Shown: positions 14,627-21,834 of the stretch, one piece after another | Layout: each line of letters begins with the position of its first letter | How positions within the stretch are numbered: the first letter of the stretch is position 1 | DNA from: Thermofilum pendens Hrk 5 | Lineage (GTDB): Archaea; Thermoproteota; Thermoprotei; Thermofilales; Thermofilaceae | Direction of reading: 5' to 3' | NCBI RefSeq assembly: GCF_000015225.1 | Contig: NC_008698.1 | Coordinates: forward strand, 960,001-992,000 | DNA length: 32,000 nucleotides | Made by a program: the position numbers and the translations under genes | The notes under the pieces: model-generated | The model's input: only the letters and a program-made list of their open reading frames with translations | Database searches by the model: none | What the model was told of the DNA's origin: nothing

Positions 14627-15501
14627 CTCTGTGCCCCTACTGCGGTGCGAACGTCGAGAGGAACCCCGGGGAGGTCGTGCTCACGTGCCCCTACTGCGGG
14701 ACAGCCTTCACCGTCGAGGGCGGGGAGGTCGGAGAGCACCTGATGGGCAGGATTAACTACAGCGTGCAACAGGTATTCGAGAACTTCAAGTCGTGGGCAC
14801 TCAGGATGCCGGAAACACCGAACGACTTCCTGGAGAAAGCCCTCTTCAAGAGCTACGAGGTACGCTTCTACCCGTTCTGGGTGTTCGTGTTCCAAGCAAG
14901 GGTGAGCTACGCGGGCGGCTACGAGGACTTAACGCTACCAGTCCACGTACCGGGCCACACCTCGATGCTGGGCACCCCACTCGAGAAGCTACGCCCCACC
15001 CTGGGCGGAAAGGTATTCTACAGCCACAGGTACGTGGTAAACGCTGGCGCAAAGCTCGTCAACCCCGACGTGGGCCCGGAGGACGCCGAGAAGAAAGCCG
15101 TAGAGCAGGCTGGAGAAATGGCCCTCGAATCCCTCTCCATAAGGTTCGGCGGGAGGGCCAGGCTTAGGGTAGAGTCCCTCGCCGTGTCGGAGAGGAAGCT
15201 CGTCCACCACCCAGTTATCCACGCAACGTACACCTACTCCGGAAGGGAGTACAAATTCATGGCAGACGCCTCGGACTCCAGGATACTCTACGCCGAGATA
15301 CCGGTAGAGGCGAAGTTCAGAGCCGCGGCTGCCGCTGGCGGCCTCGCCTCGCTGGGACTCGCCCTGGCATCCCTCCTCGCCGCGAGAGACGCACCCATGT
15401 TCGCCGCCACATCACTACTAGGCTTCCTGGTCGTAGCCGGAGTCTCGCTCAGCAAAGCCTTCGCTCCCACAGCCGTCGTCACAAAATCCTTCGCTAGTTA
15501 G
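14623..15501 (+). CDS. Paralogous zinc-ribbon protein with C-terminal transmembrane helices.
   Basis: I start at GTG 14623, which overlaps the upstream stop (GTGA). The N-terminal zinc ribbon is CPYCGANVERNPGEVVLTCPYCG. It shares the FYPFWVF motif and overall layout with the upstream gene, and has two C-terminal hydrophobic helices. Confidence 0.6.
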   Translation: MTLCPYCGANVERNPGEVVLTCPYCGTAFTVEGGEVGEHLMGRINYSVQQVFENFKSWALRMPETPNDFLEKALFKSYEVRFYPFWVFVFQARVSYAGGYEDLTLPVHVPGHTSMLGTPLEKLRPTLGGKVFYSHRYVVNAGAKLVNPDVGPEDAEKKAVEQAGEMALESLSIRFGGRARLRVESLAVSERKLVHHPVIHATYTYSGREYKFMADASDSRILYAEIPVEAKFRAAAAAGGLASLGLALASLLAARDAPMFAATSLLGFLVVAGVSLSKAFAPTAVVTKSFAS

Positions 15502-15510
15502 AGGCTAACA

Positions 15511-15517
15511 TATATTA
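15511..15517 (+). promoter_or_regulatory. TATA box TATATTA for the 171-aa helical protein gene.
   Basis: It lies 24-30 nt upstream of GTG 15541, in a 39-bp intergenic gap. Confidence 0.4.
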
Positions 15518-15540
15518 GCCAGAACGGTGGAACTCATACC

Positions 15541-16056
15541 GTGTCCGACGTCTATAGAAGCGTTTCTAGCAGGCTCCGCCTACTGGAAAAGCTGGAGCTA
15601 GTGATACCGGGCTACAGGGGCTACAAGGAGAAGGAGCTCAGGCGCGAGGCGGACCGCCTGATCAGGAGCTACCTGCTCTCCAAGCTGGAGCCGGCGTACA
15701 GGGACTTCAAGGGCGCCATGAAGGTAGTCGCGGCGACGGGAGACCCCTCGCTGGCGGCTACGTACAACGAGGTCCAGGCGGTGTTCGACAGGGTGGTGTC
15801 GAAGCTGAAGACGATGAGCTACGGGTATACGGGGTTCTTCGACGCTGTGAAGATAGAGGAAAAGGAGCTAGACAAGATGCTGGAGCTCGACTGGAGCCTC
15901 GCCTCCTCCGTCGACAAAGTCGTGGAGAAGGCTAGGGCAGTCGCCGCCGCTGAGCCCTCCAAGGTTTCAGCGGCGCTGAACGACCTTAGAGGCGAGCTAC
16001 TAGCCTTCGAGGACTTGATAGTTAAGAGGGAGAACGCGATTAAGGGTATAGGGTGA
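15541..16056 (+). CDS. All-helical/coiled-coil protein of unknown family (171 aa).
   Basis: There are no TM segments and no Cys motifs. It is heptad-like and charged, e.g. GYRGYKEKELRREADRLIRSYLLSKLE and EEKELDKMLELDWSLASSVDKVVEKARAV. Its stop overlaps the start of the SPFH gene (GTGA at 16053-16056). Confidence 0.55.
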   Translation: MSDVYRSVSSRLRLLEKLELVIPGYRGYKEKELRREADRLIRSYLLSKLEPAYRDFKGAMKVVAATGDPSLAATYNEVQAVFDRVVSKLKTMSYGYTGFFDAVKIEEKELDKMLELDWSLASSVDKVVEKARAVAAAEPSKVSAALNDLRGELLAFEDLIVKRENAIKGIG

Positions 16057-17039
16057 GAGCGATGCCTCAAGTAATCGAGTGGGTCAACCCAGGGCCCGAC
16101 GACATAGTCTGGCGCTACCCCGACGAGAACATAACGTGGGGCGCGCAGCTCATAGTCCACGAGTACGAGGTCGCCGTCTTCTTCCGGGACGGCAAGGCGT
16201 ACGACGTGCTTGGACCCGGGAGGCACACGCTGACAACGCAGAACCTACCCCTGCTGACGAGGGTGCTGTCCGCCATCGCCGGCTACCCGACAACCCCGTT
16301 CAAGGCTACCGTCATATTCGTCTCAACGAAGCAGTTCAGAGGCTTGTTCGGTGGCAGGAGCCAGACGACGGAGCTAGCCCCACTCATGTTCAGGGGTTCC
16401 TACTGGTTCAGGGTCGGAGACCCCAAGCTCTTCGTAACCGAGGTCGTCGGAGGCCAAGGGAAGTATACCAGCGCCGAGGTAAACGAGTTCATAAGGGGCT
16501 TCATAAACGAGAAGGTAATAAAGCACCTCTCCGGGTACTCCTTGGCGGAGGCGTTCTCGAGCCTCGAGCAGGTATCCTTCAAGACGAAGGCCTTCCTCCT
16601 GGAGGAGGTGAGGAGGATAGGCCTCGAGCTCATAGACCTTAAGTTCGAAGCCATAGACACGACCCCCGAGTACAGGGACAGGCTCTTCTGGATAAAGCAG
16701 ACCGGCGCGGCTGGCTACGTGCTACAAATGGACACAGCGAAGGAAGTCGCCAGGGAGCTTGGCAAATCCCCAGGCGCAGCCGTAGGAGCAGGGGTAGTTA
16801 TGATACCCCCACTCTTCCAGCCCCCACCACAGCAACCCCTGCCCCAGCAACCTCCCGCCGCCCAGCCGCCGGCCACCAAGACCTGCCCACAGTGCGGGCG
16901 CCCGGTACCCTTAGACGCCCTGTTCTGCCCGTACTGTGGCTACCGATTCCAGCCCGCCACGAAGAAGTGCCCCAACTGCGGTAGAGAGGTACCGGCAGAC
17001 GCCCTCTACTGTCCGTACTGCGGTACGAAGCTCGCCTAG
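16053..17039 (+). CDS. SPFH/Band-7-like protein (COG4260, virion-core-protein-like type) with a P/Q-rich linker and a C-terminal double zinc ribbon.
   Basis: The N-terminus VIEWVNPGPDDIVWRYPDENITWGAQLIVHEYEVAVFFRDGKAYDVLGPGRHTLTTQNLPLL matches my recollection of the YdjI/Band_7_1 family. The C-terminus has CPQCGRPVPLDALFCPYCG and CPNCGREVPADALYCPYCG. Confidence 0.8.
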   Translation: MRAMPQVIEWVNPGPDDIVWRYPDENITWGAQLIVHEYEVAVFFRDGKAYDVLGPGRHTLTTQNLPLLTRVLSAIAGYPTTPFKATVIFVSTKQFRGLFGGRSQTTELAPLMFRGSYWFRVGDPKLFVTEVVGGQGKYTSAEVNEFIRGFINEKVIKHLSGYSLAEAFSSLEQVSFKTKAFLLEEVRRIGLELIDLKFEAIDTTPEYRDRLFWIKQTGAAGYVLQMDTAKEVARELGKSPGAAVGAGVVMIPPLFQPPPQQPLPQQPPAAQPPATKTCPQCGRPVPLDALFCPYCGYRFQPATKKCPNCGREVPADALYCPYCGTKLA

Positions 17040-18031
17040 CCCCTCGCGACAGCCTTCAACCCGAGTCTCGCGAAGAACGCGGGGTACCTCAGCGAGAACC
17101 CGAGAAGTTCCCTTGGCTCGACGTTCCCAGCTGTCACTCTCTCGAGGAGCTCCAGGGGCGCCGAGGAAAAGACCCTCACCCTCTCCTCCGGCGTCGATTT
17201 CTCCAGAAGGCTCAGTATCCTCAGCTGTAACTCCACGTTGAGAGCTAGCCCGCTAGTCTTCAGGTGCTCTTCGAGAGGCTTGCCCTTTGCTATGCTCTCG
17301 TAGACCGCTCTCGCGGAGATTAGCCCGGGGCGTATACCCTCGCCCGTCAAAGGCATCACGGCGCCCAGCGCCTCTCCCACGGCTAGCCTGCCTTTACCGG
17401 GCTTTAAGCCCCCGCTGGCTATCGGGGAACCGGATACCCGTACAACTTCGCCTCTGACTGTTCTAAGGAGCTCCGCGAGCCTCCTCTCGAGGAACTCCTT
17501 CCCAGCCAGCCCCCCTACCCCCACGTGCGCGGCGCGGTCCCCGGCCGGGAAGACCCAGCCGTACCCAACGAGGTCCGAGTAGAAGTACACCCATATCTCC
17601 TCGCGCGGAGGCTCCACCCTGACGGTAGCCTGGAGCGCTAGAGCTTTTCTCCCCGGGTACGCCGCGTGCCCCCTCGCGTCTACCACGAGGCTGTACTCCG
17701 AGAGCCTGCCGGGAGAAACGCCCACGTGCACCACGTCTACGCCTTCCAGCAGGTACCGTATGAACGCCTCCTTATCGACTATGTCTCCCAGCCTCCTACC
17801 GCTGTACTCGTGCAGGAGCCTCCCGTCGACGAAGATCCTGTACCCCCGCACGGTCTCGAGGACGGCGTCCCCGGGGATCCTGAGGACATCGTCGACCGAG
17901 TACGGGACTCCCCAGCCGCAGGGCTTCACGGCGAACTTCCTGTTAGCCTCGAAGACGGTTACGTCGTAGCCTTCCTCCGAGAGGAGCCTCGCGAGGTACG
18001 CCCCGGAGGGTCCAGCCCCGACTACGGCTAT
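17036..18031 (-). CDS. Geranylgeranyl reductase family FAD-dependent oxidoreductase; start codon unresolved.
   Basis: The track ORF 17036-17929 starts at a GTG, but the Rossmann motif RIAVVGAGPSGAYLARLLSEEGYDVTVFE is encoded in frame upstream, at 17930-18034. There is no ATG/GTG/TTG between it and the in-frame TGA at 18059-18061. The end coordinate 18031 is the only near-cognate candidate (ATA). KPCGWGVP resembles the conserved Cys region of this family. Confidence 0.7.
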   Translation of the reverse strand: MAVVGAGPSGAYLARLLSEEGYDVTVFEANRKFAVKPCGWGVPYSVDDVLRIPGDAVLETVRGYRIFVDGRLLHEYSGRRLGDIVDKEAFIRYLLEGVDVVHVGVSPGRLSEYSLVVDARGHAAYPGRKALALQATVRVEPPREEIWVYFYSDLVGYGWVFPAGDRAAHVGVGGLAGKEFLERRLAELLRTVRGEVVRVSGSPIASGGLKPGKGRLAVGEALGAVMPLTGEGIRPGLISARAVYESIAKGKPLEEHLKTSGLALNVELQLRILSLLEKSTPEERVRVFSSAPLELLERVTAGNVEPRELLGFSLRYPAFFARLGLKAVARG

Positions 18032-18058
18032 CCTGCCCCCCGTAGCCCCTCCCTTTTT

Positions 18059-18316
18059 TCACAGTTTCTTTATCTCTTCCTCGATTTCCTCTATTGATAG
18101 CTTGCTGAACTGTAGTATTACTTGTACTTTGTCTGGCTCTAGGAGCGTTATTATGGCGTCTTTGTACACGCCTTTAACCAGAGGCCCGTACCTAGCCGTA
18201 ACCTTCCCAGCCCTCTCAAGCCACTCGGCAACTCTACCCAAACACCCCTCCTCGACAGCGAGCAAGTATGTCTTACTAGAAGCGCAAACAAGGCTCCTAG
18301 ACTTAACCAGGCACAT
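18059..18316 (-). CDS. Hypothetical small protein (85 aa).
   Basis: This is the ORF-track ORF, and the overlapping antisense ORF looks spurious. It ends in a Glu/Lys-rich tail, SIEEIEEEIKKL. Its TGA stop is in the same frame as the downstream reductase. I recognise no family. Confidence 0.4.
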   Translation of the reverse strand: MCLVKSRSLVCASSKTYLLAVEEGCLGRVAEWLERAGKVTARYGPLVKGVYKDAIITLLEPDKVQVILQFSKLSIEEIEEEIKKL

Positions 18317-18403
18317 TGCGAGCCCACCGGGTTAACTATGCCTGGCTATAATAAATGCTTTATATAATGCGCGTTTTTAAGCTTCGGGCGCTTGAGGGGG
18401 GCG

Positions 18404-19756
18404 ATGAGCGTAAACCCTGTCGACGCGGCTGTAGGTGCCTCTATACTGCTCGTACCTTCGCTCGTTCTCGGCGTCCTGAAGAAGGACGTAGTTACGGCTT
18501 CCCTGGCTACGTTCGCTACCGTCGTCGCCGCGGCCCTACTGCAGTCCAAGGCCGGCGCCGTCTTCAGGGCTGCCCCAGTCGGCGCGTGGACGGGTGTCCA
18601 GATCTCGTTGCTAATAGTAGCCGCTATCTACTTCTACAAGGCGTACGAGTCCCTGGGCTACGTCGGGAGGCTCAGGGAAAGCCTGACCTCCGGGAAAGGC
18701 GTAGAGGTCTTCCTGGCAGTCTACTTCTCGGGATTCATCGAGAGCATGTCCGGCTACGGCGTCTCCCCCGCCGTGACGGCACCAATCCTGGCGGGGCTGG
18801 GCGTGGGAGCCGTGGAGGCAACGCTTCTGCCGATGTTCGGGCACGTGTGGGCAGTCCCCTTCGCCAGCCTCGGCGTCCCAACGCTCGTACTCTCGCAAGT
18901 CACGGGGGCTGACGCGGAGAGCTTAGCGGCGTTCACCGCGAGAATCCTCTTCGCCCCCCTCGTCTTGATCCTGGCGCTAGCCCTGCTGGTAGGTAGGGCT
19001 AGGCGGCGAGCGGCGCTCGTGGCGCTCGCGTCCTCCGCCCTCCTACCGCTGTTCGCCGTAGCAGGCACCATGGTCGCAGCCTTAACCGGGTTCGCTGGCC
19101 TAGTTCTAGGCCTCCTGGCTACCCAGGGCCTAGCCGCTACCCGTAGAACGCTTAGGCTGGTAAGCCCGTACGTTATGCTAGTCGCCTCGGTGATAGCTCT
19201 AGGCGCGCTGGGCGCCAGGGGCCTGCTCTGGGTGGCGCTCACCACGGTTGCGGTGTCCCTCGCCGTACAGCTCGCGCACAGAAGGTTCTCCCGGGAAGCG
19301 GCGGTATCGGCGTTATCCATGACGAAGAGGTCGGTGGTCGCCGTTATCCTCTTCTCGGCCGTGGCGGAAGTCTCGAAGCAGGCTGGCTACACGGTGGCGC
19401 TAGCCGAAGTAGTGGCGGTGACCGCTGGGAAGGCTTACCTCCCCCTCGTCCCCGTGGTCGCCGTTCTCGGAGCGTTCATAACTGGTAGCGCGACTAACAG
19501 CAACCTGCTCCTAGGCCTCTTGCAGAAGACTTTCGGCGAGCTAGCCGGGGTAGACCAGTCTCTGGTTCTCGCGCTCCAGAACGCGGGAGCGGGTCTGGGA
19601 AGCGGGATAGCGCCGGCGAAGATATCCGTAGCCGCCTCGACGACCGGTGGTAAACGCGTCGAAGCGGAGGTCTTCCGGCGCGTCGTCCCGGTGATCGCGT
19701 TGCTAGTAGCGCCCCTATCGATCCTAGCGGTGCTCGCGTGCATGGCTAAGGCTTGA
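18404..19756 (+). CDS. L-lactate permease (LctP) family transporter.
   Basis: The segment IVAAIYFYKAYESLGYVGRLRESL...GFIESMSGYGVSPAVTAPILAGLGVGAVEATLLPMFGHVWAVPFASLGVPTLVLSQVTG is collinear with the E. coli LldP region [24 protein letters not shown]...[24 protein letters not shown]...[22 protein letters not shown], which I recall from memory. ATG 18404 is preferred over TTG 18392 because TTTTTAA lies 30 nt upstream. Confidence 0.75.
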   Translation: MSVNPVDAAVGASILLVPSLVLGVLKKDVVTASLATFATVVAAALLQSKAGAVFRAAPVGAWTGVQISLLIVAAIYFYKAYESLGYVGRLRESLTSGKGVEVFLAVYFSGFIESMSGYGVSPAVTAPILAGLGVGAVEATLLPMFGHVWAVPFASLGVPTLVLSQVTGADAESLAAFTARILFAPLVLILALALLVGRARRRAALVALASSALLPLFAVAGTMVAALTGFAGLVLGLLATQGLAATRRTLRLVSPYVMLVASVIALGALGARGLLWVALTTVAVSLAVQLAHRRFSREAAVSALSMTKRSVVAVILFSAVAEVSKQAGYTVALAEVVAVTAGKAYLPLVPVVAVLGAFITGSATNSNLLLGLLQKTFGELAGVDQSLVLALQNAGAGLGSGIAPAKISVAASTTGGKRVEAEVFRRVVPVIALLVAPLSILAVLACMAKA

Positions 19757-19816
19757 ACCCCCGCTTCTCGCGCGAATGCTTAATAGGGCTCTCGGCGCAT
19801 CTAGACCGAGGTGTAC

Positions 19817-20455
19817 ATGAAGGCTTCGCGCCTGCTCGCCGCGCTTGCCGCGTTGCTGGCCGTGGTACTGGTAGTCGCAGTGCTTCAGACCGGGGAGAGC
19901 CCGGAGAAGGTTATCGTCGACGCTAGGAACAGGTTGCTCGGCTCTAAGGGCTGGGTCTTCGAGGAACGCGTGAACTTCACGAAGGGCTGGGTCAGGGTGC
20001 TCGTAAGCGGCACCGTGGATCTAGGGTCCCACACCTTAAACACCACGGTGGTTGTTTTAAGGGGGTCTCAGCCGTCCCTAAGCGTCATCTACTCGAACAG
20101 GAGCGTCACTCTGGTAAACCTGGGGGGAGGGTGGGCGAGGGCTGGGGAGGGGTGGAGGGTTAACGACACGGTCATTTACCGCCTCCTGGAGCTCGCGCGG
20201 GCCTCTCCGGAGAAGCACTTGAAGCCGTCAGCGAAGGGGTTTACGGTGTTCTTCGGGGGTGGGTGCACGGACACGTGCACGGGGCTCTACCAGTACTTGT
20301 TAAGGCTCGCTGGGCTGGAGGGCTCCAACCCCACCAGCTATAAAGGTGTTCTCACAGTGGAGGAGGGGTACCCCCGCGCAGTCTACGTGGAGTTCTACGA
20401 GGGAGGCGAGGCTACGTGTAGCCTCCTATACTCCCTGAGACCCCTAAATGTGTAA
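19817..20455 (+). CDS. Exported or membrane-anchored hypothetical protein.
   Basis: The N-terminal signal/anchor is MKASRLLAALAALLAVVLVVAVL. Several N-x-S/T sequons are present (NFT, NTT, NRS, NDT). I recognise no family. Confidence 0.5.
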   Translation: MKASRLLAALAALLAVVLVVAVLQTGESPEKVIVDARNRLLGSKGWVFEERVNFTKGWVRVLVSGTVDLGSHTLNTTVVVLRGSQPSLSVIYSNRSVTLVNLGGGWARAGEGWRVNDTVIYRLLELARASPEKHLKPSAKGFTVFFGGGCTDTCTGLYQYLLRLAGLEGSNPTSYKGVLTVEEGYPRAVYVEFYEGGEATCSLLYSLRPLNV

Positions 20456-20485
20456 AAATATAAGGGTGCGTGCCTCGATTAAGCG

Positions 20486-21334
20486 ATGGCGCCTTCCGCG
20501 AAAGATCTGCTGGAGCTCTTCAAGGTGAAGCAGACCGCGTTGCTACTAGTCACGGGGGTATGCGCTTACCTCGAAGGCGCGGGGAAACCAGACCCGGCTA
20601 CGCTTGTCTTAGCGTCTCTCTCCATGTTCCTGTCCATAGCTGGAACCACGGGCTTCAACATGGTCCTAGACGCCGACATAGACTCCGCGATGTTTAGAAC
20701 CAGGAACAGACCTCTACCCGCGAGGAGGATGAGCGCGAAGGACGCTGTCCTCGCCAGCTCAGCGGCCCTAGCCGCGGGCCTCGCCGCTGGGGTAGCGGTC
20801 AACCCCTACGTTTTCGTAGCGGGGCTCCTGGGCTTCCTGATAGACATAGCGGTGTACACCGTCCTGCTCAAGAGGAAGAGCCCTTGGAGCGTTGTCTTCG
20901 GGGGCTTCGCGGGCGGCATGCCGGCGCTGGGCGGCTGGGCGGCGGCCACGGGGGGATTCGGCTACCAGGGGGTGCTGCTCATGCTCCTCGTAGCGGTCTG
21001 GAGCTCCCTGCACATATGGACGCTGAGCACGTACTACTCCGAGGACTACAGGAGGGCTGGCGTCCCGATGCTACCCGCAGTCTACGGGGAGAGGGCGGGT
21101 GTTGTTGCTTCTCTTGCCGCGGCTGTCGCCGTGTTCCTAGTGGCATTCCTGGCGTTCAGGGCCGGCTTGATCTCTGCGGTGGGCTTCGCGGTGGCGGCAG
21201 TCCCCCTGGTACTGGCGGTGGCGGTGCTTCTGAAGGGTCTTGTCAGCGGGGAGTACAGGGAGAAAGCGTACAGGGCTTTCAAGCTTGTAAACATCTTCAT
21301 GGGGCTATTCTTCGTCTTGCTGGTGCTTACCTAG
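20486..21334 (+). CDS. ctaB: Protoheme IX farnesyltransferase (heme O synthase), UbiA family.
   Basis: 282 aa and polytopic. The motif is NMVLDADIDSAMFRTRNRPLPARRMS, with a second Asp-rich region around YYSEDYRRAGVPMLP. Confidence 0.85.
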   Translation: MAPSAKDLLELFKVKQTALLLVTGVCAYLEGAGKPDPATLVLASLSMFLSIAGTTGFNMVLDADIDSAMFRTRNRPLPARRMSAKDAVLASSAALAAGLAAGVAVNPYVFVAGLLGFLIDIAVYTVLLKRKSPWSVVFGGFAGGMPALGGWAAATGGFGYQGVLLMLLVAVWSSLHIWTLSTYYSEDYRRAGVPMLPAVYGERAGVVASLAAAVAVFLVAFLAFRAGLISAVGFAVAAVPLVLAVAVLLKGLVSGEYREKAYRAFKLVNIFMGLFFVLLVLT

Positions 21335-21795
21335 CACCCGTCGTACACGCTTAACTCGTACCTAAGCATTTTCTCGAACCCCCCGCTGAACCAGAACCTA
21401 CCGTACACGCAGCGCCCCTCCAAAACCCGAGGAAGCCACACCCTGTCGTCCTCCCACATCTCGTCGTAGGGTATCTCCCCCACTTTGAACCACGTCGGGA
21501 CAGCCTCATCGGAGGGTCTCGCTTCGCCCGCGAAATCCCTGGACACGAAGACGTGCACGATTATCTCGGGTTCCTCGCCGCCGGCGTAGAACTCCAGTAG
21601 ACCCCTGTAGGAAAGCCCCTTCACCTCAACCCCCGTCTCCTCGAGAACCTCCCTCATCGCGGCGCGCCAGATGTCCTCGCCTTCCTCGACTTTCCCGCCG
21701 ACGCCGTTGTACTTCCCCGCCCCGAATCCTCTTAGCTTGCGTATAAGCAGTACCTCGTCCCCCCTGAGCAGGTAGCATAGAGTAGCGATCCACAC
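21331..21795 (-). CDS. Nudix hydrolase (MutT-like).
   Basis: A complete Nudix box is present: GGKVEEGEDIWRAAMREVLEETGV (Gx5Ex7REUxEExGU). The start is GTG. Confidence 0.85.
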   Translation of the reverse strand: MWIATLCYLLRGDEVLLIRKLRGFGAGKYNGVGGKVEEGEDIWRAAMREVLEETGVEVKGLSYRGLLEFYAGGEEPEIIVHVFVSRDFAGEARPSDEAVPTWFKVGEIPYDEMWEDDRVWLPRVLEGRCVYGRFWFSGGFEKMLRYELSVYDGC

Positions 21796-21816
21796 GAGGG
21801 TGGAAGCGTCTTAAGG

Positions 21817-21834
21817 TATAAAAATCGATTTTTA
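21817..21834. promoter_or_regulatory. Perfect 18-bp AT palindrome ATAAAAATCGATTTTTAT; a combined T-tract terminator and TATA element between two minus-strand genes.
   Basis: Read directly. It overlaps the TAA stop of the prenyltransferase gene (21832-21834) and lies 22-39 nt upstream of the Nudix GTG at 21795. Confidence 0.4.

Noticed and set aside
16801-16875. Repetitive CCn/CAG-rich DNA that looks like a tandem repeat.
   Set aside because: It encodes the P/Q-rich linker (PPLFQPPPQQPLPQQPPAAQPPA) between the SPFH domain and the zinc ribbons. This is low-complexity coding sequence, not a repeat element.
18059-18061. In-frame TGA as a selenocysteine codon.
   Set aside because: I cannot see a SECIS-like structure, and Sec machinery is not known in Crenarchaeota. 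A Sec residue in a Lys-rich linker upstream of a Rossmann fold has no precedent that I know of. I kept the observation as an unresolved-start finding instead.
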